Position numbers and translations under genes: made by a program. 64,000 bases of DNA from Lama guanicoe (lineage: Eukaryota), in NCBI GenBank assembly GCA_013239625.1, contig MU053994.1, forward strand, positions 375,775-439,774, read 5' to 3'. Below are positions 1 through 13,133 of the stretch, in pieces. Within the stretch, counting starts at the first letter, position 1. Each line of letters starts with the position of its first letter. A model generated the notes under the pieces. That model had not been told where the DNA came from, searched no databases, and was given only the letters and a program-made list of their open reading frames with translations.

Positions 1-248
1 ACAAGTAATGGGCATCACAAATTCAGGGATTTCCCCAACACAAATGGAAAAATCTGTGGATTTAATGATTGTCACATATGTGACACAGGTTTTCTTTATT
101 ATTGTTTCAAAACCTTGTCTTCCATTATGGAAGGGGATTGAGTTATAATCCTGCCTGAGATTTTCAACATGATATTTCTAACAAATGATCAGGAGGATAT
201 GTGAGAAGGGCCTACCTGATCTGTGTGTACAATTTCTACTTTATTTTT

Positions 249-362
249 TAAAATTTTTATTGAAGTATCATTGATTTACAATGTTAGTTTCAGGTGTACA
301 GCAAAGTGATTCAGTTATACACATACATACATGTATATTTTTTCTTTACAGATTCCTTTCCA
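249..362 (-). mobile_element. L1 3'-end fragment
   Basis: ttgaagtatcattgatttacaatgtt...tcaggtgtacagcaaag; flanking TTC(T/C)ACTTTATTTTT repeats. Confidence 0.75.
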
Positions 363-2739
363 TTCCACTTTATTTTTATAGCAGCAAGTGATGGTAAGCT
401 GTATTTTACTGAGCTTGTAGAATTTAAAGGACTTGTTTAGGGACACTTTTGAGTGCATATTTTTGGAGACTTCTTTGGAAACTGAGCAGTGAAACTTATT
501 TAGGGATATCCTTTATTCTGAAAATTTCTCTCATTGAAAATGTCCCTGTACCAAGCACAGGTGATGAATATCAAATTGTTGGTTATTCTGCAGCCTCACC
601 AGGGTAGAAAATCTTTCTGCTCTCAAAGTGCTGCCTCTCGCCAGTAGTAGCAGCCTCACCTTGCATCTTGACATGAATCAACCCATGGCTGGCTTTAAAA
701 TGATTAAGCCAACCCTTATTTGCCTAGAATTTTTCATTCTTTTATCTTTCACCCTGTTGTTCATAGGGTCAAAATGCCTTAAAGTCTTTGGTTTGAATAG
801 AAAAGGAATTTAAAGGTACATGGTGTTGAGTTGAGTCTTTAACACATAAAATAAGAATTTTCCATCTGTATCGTTCATTCTCAGTCTCTTCCTCTCCCCA
901 TCCCTCTCTCTACCTTTACCTCCTGTTTTTGATATGTATTCCTACCTCACCTTCATGCCAAAAGGCTGTAAGCTTAGCATAGCTCTCATATGGGCCTTCT
1001 CTCTTTCATCAACTAAGTTCAGGAATTTTCAAAGATTAAATATGATAAGTTACTGTGAAATAGTGAGGCAGACTTTGGGGTCATAACCTTTCATCCAAAA
1101 GAAGTTTTAACTTTTGAACAGTTTATTTACTAGGCTATGTACCTATTGAGTCTACATTACAGAAACTTTTTCTGGGGGGAGGCATGAGGTTTTTGAGGTT
1201 GCTTTGAGAGATAATTAACTCATTCTCAGTTTCCTTACTAACAGGCTACTCTCTTAGATATGGTTTATTCCTCAGGCTTAACTTTTTTCCATGTTTTAGC
1301 TCCATAATCTTTATTTTTCCAGCCTTCCACTGCTGTGCTGGTTCTGATGTTGAAATTATCTAGGGGGAGGTTTTTATAGGACAGAGGCAGGACCCAATTC
1401 AGGATGTGACCAGGAGAGTCTTGCTAAGAGTACAACAGGAAGTGGACAGACTGTCTTAGATTATTTGATGTGCTGTACATTGTCATCATAGGTACACTGG
1501 CTCAGCGCCATCAGTTACACACATTGATGCAATCAAGTCGGAGACAGCTATATTCACGTGAAAATTTCCCTATGTCTGAGGCATCTGTTAGTGTAAAATG
1601 TAAGATGTGCTACAGTTCCAAAGCTTTGTGTTCAAAATTCTGTTTACCATGTAGTTTATCATTTTATGTGAAATGTCTCCATTTATAAATTTTGCTATTA
1701 TTTTGTAAAAATTAGAAACAGTAGGACAAACAAAACAGCCCTGTAGGCTATACGTAGTCACTGGATCAGTTGGTGAACTTTGAAAGCAGGGATTCCTTGT
1801 GATCTTGTTTTCTCTGTTAGTTCTCTCTCTCTCTCTCTCAGAAGGTGTACATGTTGAGTATACAAACAAGTATTTTGAACAAAGACTAGGTACATAATGG
1901 ATGATAAGATTTGTACAAGGATGTAATCTTTTACATCAATATTTACCTGGATGCCTGAACTGGGGCTGGGAAATTTATGGGAAGTCCATAATCAATGCAT
2001 ATGACTACTGTGTGTATTTTCCTATCTTTTGATTATGTCGTATGGTGACTCTGGGGAAAGAGTTCTGATAAGCTGTAATTGGACACTGATAGGAGACTTG
2101 CTTGGAAAACTTGATTAAACCCCACTAGAGGGTAAGTGACAAGAGTCTGGGGGAAGAAGTTATTCCTTGAGGCAGTTGTATCCATTCTTCAAGGCTGTTT
2201 CTGGAAATAAAGCTTTAGGGGGAAGGATGCTGCCTAACAAGGGCTTACTGTAGAAGGATTTTTCCTGTTCCTGCTGGCAATTTATGTAGTTCCTGTGAAT
2301 CAGTGGTAGAATTAAATGAATTTGTTGCCTGAATAAATTGGAGTTTCTGTTTTAAATCGGGTATACAATATATCATGCTCTGAAACAGTATTTAAATAGA
2401 GTTTTAGCATCACTAGGTTATTAAATTTCAGTGTCAAAAGGACCAGTTAAGCTCATCAACTTCAAGGATTCCTTGCTAGAAAGTCATGCTTACTGGATTC
2501 ATTGCACAGCAGTGACTGGAACTAGCTCCCCACTCCACCCAGCTTGTGCTGGGACGGTTCCAGAGAGAAATGGAGAGTGGCTAATTATTGTTTTGTAGTG
2601 TAATGAGCTACCACCTAAAACCCCTTACTCCTTTCGGTCATGGAGTTCATCGTTCACGTTAACGTAATGATGATGATTGAGGTAATAAAACCTAGACCTT
2701 TCTCATAAAAAGTTCGGGGACCATAGCAGAAGTGATCAG

Positions 2740-3170
2740 TGCCGGGCCCATATCCCTTCAGTGCTCATTTCAGATGCGAAAGCCTGCTTGTTGCAAACAC
2801 TACTCTCTGTCTGAGGGCTTTGTTTTGAGGCCAAAGCTCACCTTATGAAGGCAAGGTCCCTAGAGGTAGTCTTCAACAGATGGGGAGTTGGTGGATTAAA
2901 AACACCCCAAGTTCTTTGTTGCTCCGCTGCGATATCTCTCAGGGATGCTCTCGCTGTGTCTCCTAGTGTTCTGTGGAAGAATTGAGCCCCAGTTGCCCAC
3001 AGTGGTAGGTAACTGACTTGATAACATACTCTTTATTGGTTTTCTTCCCTTCCGTATCTCATTTCCCTACTTCCATACTAGGGTTTACTGCGTGATTATG
3101 TCCTAAAGCAACTACTTGGACTCAAATCCTTGTCTCGCGATCTGCTTTTGGGGAAACCCAAACCAGGACA
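2740..3170 (+). mobile_element. ERVL-type solo LTR (LTR16-like)
   Basis: Characteristic 3' end ctcaaatccttgtctc...tctgcttttggggaaacccaaaccaggaca. Confidence 0.65.
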
Positions 3171-3494
3171 GGAACACTGATCTAGTGCTTCAAAATTCAT
3201 TTTGACTAAATCTGGCATAGTACTGAAGAACATGAGTTTGCATTTTAGGATCCCTTTGTAGCTTTAAAATAAAATGAAGTCTATGAAAGACTTCCTACCT
3301 CTCTTATACTTGGATTGATGTTAGTAAAATGTGGCACATGGGTTTAGGATATAGATCACTGTTGAACGCGCGTTCAGTGAGGCCTCTAGGATACAGAATA
3401 TCTAGTTGATGGCAGGAGAGCTGTCATTTAAGGTCTGCATCACTAAGGATGGACACATGAATACAATAATGCTGAACACATCCTTGGCACAGAA

Positions 3495-3722
3495 CAAGGT
3501 CTGGGGAAATACAGGCTATCAACCAAATCTAGCCTGTTGTCTGATTTTGTAAGTAAAGTTCTGTTGCAACTCAACTGCACGTCTTTGTTTACAGACTGTC
3601 CAACAATGGCTGCTTTTGTGCAAAAGCAGCAAAGTTGCGTAGTTGTGACAGAGGTCATATAGCTCACAAAGCCCAGAATATTTACTGTCTCATTCTTTTT
3701 GCAAGTAAATTTCTAACCCCTG
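3495..3722. mobile_element. hAT MITE, MER58A-like
   Basis: caaggtctggggaaatacagg...gtaaagttctgttg...cacaaagcccagaatatttactg...aacccctg. Confidence 0.75.
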
Positions 3723-4316
3723 ATACAATGCTTGTATAATGTTTTAATTTAGTTTGTTTTTTTAAATTAGCCAGTAAGGCATCTAATTGGACATGGTTTG
3801 TTCTTCCTAACTCATACCAATGGAGAACTTAATAATGCTGCTCTGGGTGCCACTGTAATGGCTTTAAAACCTAAGTGATGTGTAGTGGCAGTGTGGAAAT
3901 GCAGCATTGGGTGTGACTTGTTGGCCAATTGAAAGAGTGAATGTTAATTTCTACAACGTTAATAGGTATGGACACGATCTTACTTGTAAAGATGCAAGAT
4001 GGTGATATGGTACAATAAATGTCTGGGAGTGTGAATGTATGTCTTTGCCAGTATCTATTTAATAACTGTTTTGAAAACCTCAAACCTATAGAATCATTGT
4101 AAGAATGGTTCAATAAACACTCATACCTTTGACCTAGATTCACCAATACTTTACCTTTTACTGAATTTCTTATGTTTCTTTCAAGAATAAAGACATTCTT
4201 TATAGAAACATAATACATTTATCAAATTCAAGAAATTTATCATTGACACAGTATTATTTTCTTATATACAGTCCGTTTTCAAGTTTCACCAGTTGTCCCA
4301 ATTTTGTCCTTTACAG

Positions 4317-4440
4317 CAGTGCTTCCCAAATGTAAACAGGCATCAGGATTACCTAGTAGGCAGGTGAAAACATAAATTCCTGGGCTCCACCCCTAGAGAT
4401 CCCGGTATAGAAGATTTGGGGTGGGGCCCAAGTATTTTCA
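4317..4440. mobile_element. MER5-like hAT MITE fragment
   Basis: cagtgcttcccaaa...attcctgggctccacccctagagat...ggggtggggccca. Confidence 0.65.
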
Positions 4441-4451
4441 GGGACTTAAAC

Positions 4452-4625
4452 TTTTTTTTTTACTGTATAGTCAGTTTACACTGTTAAGTCAGTTTCTGGT
4501 GTGCAGCACAATATTTCAGTCCTATAGGAACACACATTCGTTTTCATACTCCCTTTCACCATAGGTTACCACAAGATATTGACTATAGTTCCCTGTGCTA
4601 TACAGTACAGATTTGTTGTTTATTT
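4452..4625 (-). mobile_element. Young L1 3'-end fragment
   Basis: Poly-T then tatagtcagtttaca...tagttccctgtgctatacagta. Confidence 0.75.
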
Positions 4626-4843
4626 TCAATTATTACAAGATCTCAAGAGATTGAGTCAAAATTCTGCCAGCTTTATAGCATCCCCCAGCATACCCCCTAC
4701 CAACCCCACCCTCTTAAGTCCAGGCAACTATTCAGGCCCCCATATTGCATTTAGTATCATGTTTCTTTAGTCTTTAAGCTGGAACAGTTCCTCAGCTTTG
4801 CCTTTCTTTGTTTTTTCATGATAGTAAAATTAAACAAAAGAAA

Positions 4844-5103
4844 TTTATTTATTTATTTATTTATTTATTTTTGAAGTAGAGTCAGTTACAATGTGTCAAT
4901 TTCTGGTTTATAGCACAATGTCCCAGTCATGCATATACATACATATATTCATTTTCATATTCTTTTTTATTAAAGGTTATTACAAGATACTGAACATAGT
5001 TCCCTGTGCTATACAACAGAAACTTTTTTTAAATCTATTTTTTTATATGGTGGCTAACATTTGTAAACCTCAAACTCTCAAATTTATCCCTTCCCATCCC
5101 CTC
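4844..5103 (-). mobile_element. Young L1 3'-end fragment with (TTTA)n tail
   Basis: (ttta)n then gaagtagagtcagttacaatg...gttccctgtgctataca; same subfamily as the copy near 48400. Confidence 0.8.
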
Positions 5104-5217
5104 ATAATAGTAACATTTTGAAAGAGAACATGCTAGATTTTTTTCCCTCTGTAAAATATCTTTTACTTGTGGTTTACCTGATGTTTTCTCATGGTCAGAT
5201 TTAGATAATGTGTTTTT

Positions 5218-6485
5218 TAAAAAAATTTTATTTTATTGAGTTATAGTCAGTTTACAATGTTGTGTCAATTTCCAGTGTAGAGCACAAATTTTCAATTATA
5301 GATGAACATACATATATTCATTGTTAACATTCTTTTTCATCTGAGCTACCACAAGATCTTGTATATATTTCCCTGTGCTATACAGTATAATCTTGTTTAT
5401 CTGTTCTATATATATCTGTCAGTATCTACAAATTTTGAACTCCCAGTCTGTGCCTTTCCACCCCCCTCCCCCCGGCAGCCACAAGTTTGTATTCAATGTC
5501 TGTGAGTCTGTTTCTGTTTTGTATTTATGTTCATTTGTCTTTTTCTTTTCTTTCTTTTTTTTTCTTTCTTTTTTTTTTTTTTTTTTAACATTTAGGTTGT
5601 TTCCATGTCTTGGCTATTGTAAATAGTGCTGCTATGAACATTGGGGTGCAGGTGTCTTTTTGAATTAGCATTCCTTCTGGATATATGCCCAGGAGCGGGA
5701 TTACTGGGGCATGTGGTAAGTATTCCTAGTCTTTTGAGGAATCTCCATACTGTTTTCCACAATGGCTGCACCAAACTGCATTCCTGCCAACAGCGTAGGA
5801 GGGTTCCCTTTTCTCCACAGCCTCTCCAGCATTTGTCATTTGTGGACTTTTGAATGATGGCCATTCTGACTGCTATGAGGTGATACCTCATTGTAGCTTT
5901 GATTTGCATTTCTCTGATAATTAGTGATATTGAGCATTTTTTCATGTGCCTATCGGTCATTCATATGTCTTCATTGAAGAATTGCTTATTTAGGTCTTCT
6001 GCCCATTTTTGGATTGAGTTGTTTGGTTTTTTCTTATTAAGTCGTATGAGCTGCTGAGTTGTTTGTTTTTTTCTTATTAAGTCGTATGAGCTGCTTATCT
6101 GTTCTGGAGATTAGCCTTTGTCAGTTTAATATTTTGCAAAAATTTTCTCCCATTCCTTAGGTTGTCGTTTTGTTTTGCTTATGGTTTCCTTTGCTGTGCA
6201 AAAGCTTGCAAGTTTAATTAGGTCCCATTGTTTATTTTTGCTTTTATTTCTATTGCTTGGGTAGACTGCCCTAGGACAACATTTCTGAGATGTATGTGAG
6301 ATAATGTTTTGCCTATGTTTTGTTCTAGGAGGTTTATTGTATCTTGTCCTACGTTTAAGTCTTTGATCCATTTTGAGTTTATTTTTGTGTATGGTGTAAG
6401 GGAGTGTTCTTGCTTCATTGATTTACATGCTGCTGTCCAGTTTTCCCAGCACCATTTGCTGAAGAGACTGTCTTTATTCCATTGC
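5218..6485 (-). mobile_element. 5'-truncated young L1, internally deleted
   Basis: ORF2 C-terminal translations ([29 protein letters not shown]); TSD AGATAATG(T/C)GTTTTT at 5203-5217 and 6486-6500. Confidence 0.92.
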
Positions 6486-7861
6486 AGATAATGCGTTTTT
6501 GTAGAAATATTACAGAAACAATGTTGATCAGTTTGTCCCCTATGTTGGTGATTTAAGTTTGATCACTAGGTTAAGGTAGTGTCTACCTGATTTCTCCTCT
6601 GTAAAGGTACCTATTTTTACTTAGAAATTAATACATAACCTGTGGGGAGATACTTTGACCCTGTTCTCCAACAAACTATTATTCAGTTTATTTATGATTC
6701 TTGCCTGAATTATCACTACATTAGTTGTTATATATTGATCTTCTAACCCTATCATTCCCTCTGCAGTTACTAGCTTTCATTTTATAGTAAAGAAGAGCTT
6801 TCCCCCACCCTTGTCTACTTGTTTCTGTTTTGTGGCATCTGTATGAACTAGTGGTCTCTTTAATTCAGTGGGTTATTATCTTTTGTTTTCATGATTCAGT
6901 TTTGATCCTCAAATTGTCTCTGATTTGACCAGTGCCAGCGCCTCAAAATTGACCTCTGTGCCCTTTTAACATGGCCCCATCCATTTTTGAGCACTCTAGA
7001 TACATCAGTTATAAAATATTTCATCAATATATATATTTTATGTGTCACTAAATGCTTGCTGTGCCCTTAGTGTACTGCAGTACTCTTAGGTGTCAAAAGG
7101 TATGCAAAGATAATATGACATACCTTCTTTTACTAAAGAAATAAAATCTCCCTTAATATAGTAATAGTAAGATAGGTAAAGCAATTAGAGACTAATTTAA
7201 GGTGGTATATAATTTAGTTCTAAATTTATTTATTTCTAGTTTATTACTCCTAAAAGAAATTCATACCACTTACAATAGTAACACATTTCCTCATTGTGAA
7301 ATATAGCACAATCTTTAGTGTATAAGTAAGACTTACTTCTACGATACTATATAGGAAAGAGTCAATCAGGAAGATAGATCTGAGATTTGTCTCTCAGCCT
7401 TCAGTGTGTGGAATAAAAATTTTAATATAGTTAGGCAAACAATTTCAGGTTTTATAGTGTCACATATCACATGAATTTGTGGAACGCTGTTTGGTTTAAT
7501 AGGTGTTTGGCTATTCTTGTGGTTAGCTAGCTAATTCTTGCAATCAGTTTGGTTTTATATGTTCCAATATTACATAGTACAGTCAACTAAGACTATCCAT
7601 TTATTTTTCAGAACAGTTTTTCTGATCTGTCTTCCAGAAAACTAACTTGCTTCCATTTTCTCTCATGTCTGGTAACAGTCATCTGTTGGATTCTTGATTT
7701 TGGCTATTGTAATTTTTTCTATTCTAAAAATTCTTTTTTTTTTCAAATATATCACTCATAGTTTCTAATTCTGTCCTAAAAATTTCAGTCTTGTCTTTTA
7801 TGTCCTTTAACATAAATGACCATAGTCATTTTAAGATCTGTGTCTGTTGTTAACTGGATTT

Positions 7862-7965
7862 ATTGTGGTGATCGTTTTGTAGCATATACAAATATTGAAT
7901 CATTACATTATACACCTGAAGTAAAATAATGTTATATGTCAATTATACCTCAATAAAAAGATAAA
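7862..7965 (+). mobile_element. Older L1MA/MB 3' terminus
   Basis: tattgaatcattacattatacacctgaa...tatatgtcaattatacctcaataaaaa. Confidence 0.7.
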
Positions 7966-9309
7966 ACAATACAAGTCTCTGGTTCCCAAACCTACATCTG
8001 ATATAAAAAGCTAGAACTTAGAGCTTTAGTCTAAGTTCTGAATTTGAATTCAGTTCTCCTGTGCAGAAGGCATTTTACTTCACTGACTTGGAAAATGAGT
8101 CTTCCTATACTCTAGTTCTAACTTTCATTAAAAAAAAAATTCCAGAGCTTTTCAGTATACATCATTTTTCCTTATGGTTAGCAGTTGGACCAGGGCTATA
8201 CAATAGCATTTATGTAGGAGGTCAAGTTCAGTCATTATTGGGAGAAGAAAAGGAACAATGGCTGAAGGAGTTTTAAGTGATACTGAGTGTGTAATAAAAG
8301 CTCTGTGCATATTTAATAAGGCTAAAGTTGATAGGTTACTTAAACATGTCAATATATCAGAAAGAGAAATTCTGCCTTGTCCCGAGGTATGATTGTGACA
8401 TGGAAAAATGGGGCCAAAGAGTCATAGCATTAAACTTTCACGACAGTAAATAACTTCAGGGATGCTGTGTTACTTCACAGTTCCTGTGCAGGTTCCAAAT
8501 GTGAAATAAGCAATAACCTTAATGAGAAACATTTTGGTGAAGTGGTTAGCGGTGTGTGTTCTTTCTGTGTTAAAATAATGAAAGCATTTCAAGGCAGTTT
8601 ACTTCTTTTTGAAGACTGAGGAAAGTCTTTTAAGTATGACGTTTGAGGATTTTTTTTTTACCCTGAAATTATACCTAGGTAAGATCTAAGTGCTCATTGT
8701 GTGGATCTAGGTAGATAGTCAGGATGATGATAAAAGATGCCATCTAAACTCTTACTCATTTGCTGGTTACACTGTAGGAAGAATAACACACAGCGTTTTT
8801 TTCTATTAGGGGTTGGTAACAAAACTAATTCAAATAAGTCAAAAATTATGTGGATTCATCAAAGTCAACATAGTTGTGAGACTACTAGAGTACTGCTCTT
8901 TTAAAATGAAAGAGAAGATTCGGTAAGTCAGGCTGTGAGCACAAATTAGGAGAGAACCGTAAAATATCACCATTTAAATTTCCTTCCCTACTTCTTCAAC
9001 AATAATGTCTTAAGATGAAAACACTCTCTACCTCCCCCATACCCACTTCAAAAAAAAATAATCTGTGTCTGTTAATTGCAATATCTGAAGCCCTGTGGCT
9101 CTGCTTCTGTTGGCTATTGTTTCTGCTGGTTTTCAGTCCTGAGCAAGAGCCTCAATTCTTGTCTGAGACCCATAGTTTGGACAACAGCTCTAAAATAATC
9201 AGTTTTTCTTTCCCTGGGAAAAATGTGCACATGTCAAGAATGGATGAGTAGAATTACAATGTAGCAGGGTCACACTCTATGAAATTATAATAAAACATAA
9301 CAATTAAGA

Positions 9310-9515
9310 GTAATGGGGCCAGATTCAGCTTGCCTGTGTCCAAATCCCAGCTCCTTTATTTAATGTCTGCTAAGCCTCAATTTCCTCATCCTTAAGATGA
9401 AATATTAACAATACCTATCTCATAGAATTCTTATAAGTATTAAAAGAGGTAACACATGTAAAGTACTTAACCCAGTACCTGGCAAGCACTCAATAAGTGT
9501 TAACTTTATCATTAT
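9310..9515. mobile_element. MIR SINE
   Basis: MIR core: ctaagcctcaatttcctcatc...aatacctatctcatag...tgtaaagtacttaacccagtacctggc. Confidence 0.75.
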
Positions 9516-10077
9516 TCTTAGATATTCAGAGGGAAGAGAGTCTTAAATTTTGTACGTAGGAAATATTTGAGATGGCATTGAAAAATGCATTCATTAATTT
9601 ATTCATTTATTTTATTTGATAGATACACAATAAATATTTGTTGAAAGAAATTCAGCAACCGGTGGACAAAGTGAGCTGAATCCCAAAAGGAAGGGTGGAA
9701 TTGTAAAGGGTCAGGCAAGAGTAAAGGGTGTCCTAGAAACAGCCAAGACAAAGCTTGGAGGCAACATGATTTATATGTGAGATAATAGGAAGATCAGCCT
9801 GGATGGAATGTCTTGGAGGAAAATATAATCTACAGAAAAATAATGGATGAGTGTTTAATCCTGTAACATTCTATAATTATCTTACATACATTGCCACTTC
9901 TGGGTCTTCTCCCATTCACATTTCTGTCTATGATATTAAGCTGACTATGTGTACAATAATACAGGCATCACATGTCAACTGAACCAAAGGGCTTTTTCCC
10001 TCTGACATAATAAATACCCCTGGAGTGACATGAAAGGCTCATGGTTTTTAAAGCCATTTTATCTAAAGCTACTAAAG

Positions 10078-10260
10078 CAGTGATTCTCAGGCTTTAGCTT
10101 ACCTTTACAAACACCTGGAGAGCTTGGTAGGTTGCTGAACCTCATCCTGAGAGTTGTGGATTTCATTAAGTCTGGAGTTGCCCCTAGGATCGGCATTTCT
10201 AAGGAATTGTGAGGTGACATTCATGCTGCTGGTTCAGAGACCACACTGTGAGAACAACTG
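10078..10260. mobile_element. MER5A-like hAT MITE
   Basis: TIRs cagtgattctca ... tgagaacaactg; internal gcatttctaa...gctgctggttcagagaccacac. Confidence 0.8.
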
Positions 10261-12344
10261 TACTCATGACATCACACCATATCATGTACTGAAATATTTT
10301 AGAATTTGATCATGTTTTCCTTTGGTAGAATAATTTTCTAACATCTATATTTAGTTGTGCCTCCTACTCATGGAAGTCAATTATTTGAAATAATTTGTAG
10401 GAAGAAAACCCCACCTTTTCATTTATATTTTATCTTAGCCATTCCCTTACTGTGGTTTTGATTTTCTTGCTATTAAGGTTAACTGTTTGGGGAGGCCTAA
10501 GCTACCATTAAACTCCATTAGTGGTAGAAATTTCCTAATATTTCAGAGAAATCCCACTGCATTATTCATAATGAGTTGAGTGGGGCTTTTTCTAAAAGTA
10601 ATTGTTATAATCATAGGCCTCATAAATGTAAGCATGAATTCTTTCATTAGTATATTCTTGCCGTTCATAATAGGTCAACATTTTAAATAAAGCACATATG
10701 CAAATTTTATGGCATTTCTCTCCCTTTGTCATCACGTATCTCTTTAAAGGAAATACACATCACTTCAAGTTCCTGTTAATTTTACCTGCTGTCGCCTCCT
10801 ACCTAAATGAGTCACACCAACTATTATATGTCACTTCTGACAAGAACCTGAAAGTTGAAGTAATTTTCACACATTCTGTGTCACTCTTCCCTCATAGTTC
10901 TCGAATGCATTAGAGGCAGGAAGGAACAGTGACTGACGAGAAGAGTTAGGAAGAGGATGTTCAGAGTCCACGGCACCCAGCTCATTCCCCCCCACCCCCC
11001 CGCCCTCCACTGTCTACTTCCCCAGTGCTGGGCCTCACTTTATCTCTTTTCTCGAGTAAAATTAACATAAGGCTTTGATGTGTGGCAAATTTCTAAATCT
11101 TGGTAATGACAAGGAAAAGAGAAGGTGGCGACAGCCCGGGCCAGGCCTACAAATAACTTACAACTCAATATCACACCACCATGTTCTCAGTGAATTTGTG
11201 AGCTGTACCCTGTCACCATGAATTCTCCTTAGGCCTCCACAGATTGCTAACATCCAGGCCCCTTCCTTTCCCTCTTCCTCTGCCTCACTCTCATCCCTAC
11301 TTCCCTTCTTGCTGGCCTCCCTCTTGCCCTCCTTAACCTCTCTTCCCCTATTTCACAGAGTAGTTCACCTCTCTTCTCTGGTTCTCGTCCATTTAAACTT
11401 TGAGCAAAGGAAGGGTCCTCACATTTCTCCATTAAAAAGCTAGTTAAGGCCCATCCTCAAAGTATTTTTCTAAACAAAACGTCTACCTCTGAGGTGATTT
11501 GGATCGTTTCCTTAGAGAGCAATAAGTGGCCGCAGTCAGTATTATTTTAAGTACCATGTTTTTCTTCCTGCTCCATTTGTTAAAGGAAAGACGACAGGGC
11601 GGCTTGGCCCTGAGAGGACTGGCGTGAGACTGGAGTACGAAAGGCGACTAAGGTCTAGGTTAGGAAGTGTGTTTCTGGCTTAGAACCCAGATTCCTGGTC
11701 CGAGCTCTGCTTTTATTTGGCAGTGTGGTCTTCAGCAAGCCACTTCACAGCTCCCAGGCTGTTTCTTCATCTAGAAATTGAAGGATTTGGGTTAGTGTTC
11801 TTCAAGTTTAAGCAAAAACCAAAAGGAGACAAAAACATTTCACAGTGGCTCCTGTTGAAACAGCAAGGGGTCCAGACCCATCCTCTTAACTCTTCCTCCT
11901 CCATGGCCACTGTAGCTTCCTCTCAGTGCAGTTCTGAAAACACTGATCTAGATGGTTTCCATCCACCATTGTTCCCTGCTTTTTGGAAGTTTCTGAGTGG
12001 TTTCACAGTTTATTATATATGCTCTCTGTAATTAGAATGAAGGTAGATAGATGGAATCCTGAGAGAGAAACCTCCACAACCTGGCAGAGCTGACGAATTT
12101 TGGAATTGTCTAATGTTCAGTCAGGAGGTGCTCGTGGCCCTGGGCTAAGGGGTAACCCAATCTCAATCCCCACCTTATGTGTTTCCAGTATTTAAAAGTC
12201 TGTTGCAGGTCTGGTTTACTTTAGAAGAGATGGCTCTATTGAAAAACACTTCTAGAAAAAGAGACTGGGGGGCCATTTTGATGGAAATTTGACCTTTGGC
12301 ATTTGATGATAATCGATTAACATGTGTACTGTTTTAGGATCCCT

Positions 12345-12795
12345 GTGTGATCAATAATAGACTTCCCAAAACCCATTTCACTAGCAAGTGACTCCATGAA
12401 GACAGCAGTAGTCACTCGGACCTCTGTGACAGGGTTTGGTGATGTACCACAGAACCGCCTGCTCCCTCAGGCCCTTGAATTCCATTCACCTGCAAAGGAG
12501 AGTCTCCTGCACTTGCCGGAGAGCCATGTCAAGTGGGCACATGAGGCCCGGAATGGAGTCAGTCTGTGGATGCCGGCATGAATGACAGCGAGCTAGCCTG
12601 GTGGTACCATTTTGAGGCATGTTCCTGGCAGTTTCTCATAGTCTTTCCACAGGGATTGGGTCCTGTTGGCTCACGGCCATAATATAAGTTTGATTCACTT
12701 TCCTTCTTTCTGTGTCTCATTTTCCCTACTCTCTGACTCTTGGAATAATCCTGGGATAATCTTGCAAATAGTTATCTCCCCCAAGTCCTTATTAT
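12345..12795 (+). mobile_element. ERVL-type LTR (LTR16/LTR33-like) interrupted near its 3' end by the L1
   Basis: Joining across the TSD gives ccaagtccttattatctcagggccta-attttgaggtaactcaaag, similar to the LTR end at 3121-3170. Confidence 0.5.
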
Positions 12796-13133
12796 CTCAG
12801 GGCCTACTTTTTTTTTTACATTTTTTATTGATTCATAATCATTTTACAGTGTTGTGTCAAATTCCAGTGTTCAGCACAATTTTTCAGTCATTCATGGGCA
12901 TATACACACTCATTGTCACATTTTTTTCTCTGATTTATCATAACATTTTGTGTATATTTCCCTGTGCTATACAGTGTAATCTTGTTTATCTATTCTACAA
13001 TTTTGAAATCCCAGTCTATCCCTTCCCACCCTCTACCCCCCCCCGGTAACCACAAGTCTGTATTCTCTGTCCATGAGTCTATTTCTGTCCTGTATTTATG
13101 CTTTGTTTTTGTTTGTTTGTTTGTTTTTGTTTT

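Larger units (their letters stand above)
4170..7000 (-). mobile_element. Old L1M (L1MC-like) 3' region hosting nested younger insertions
   Basis: Old L1M-like segments at 4170-4316, 4740-4830, 5120-5200 and 6500-7000, interrupted by MER5 and young L1 pieces. Confidence 0.55.
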
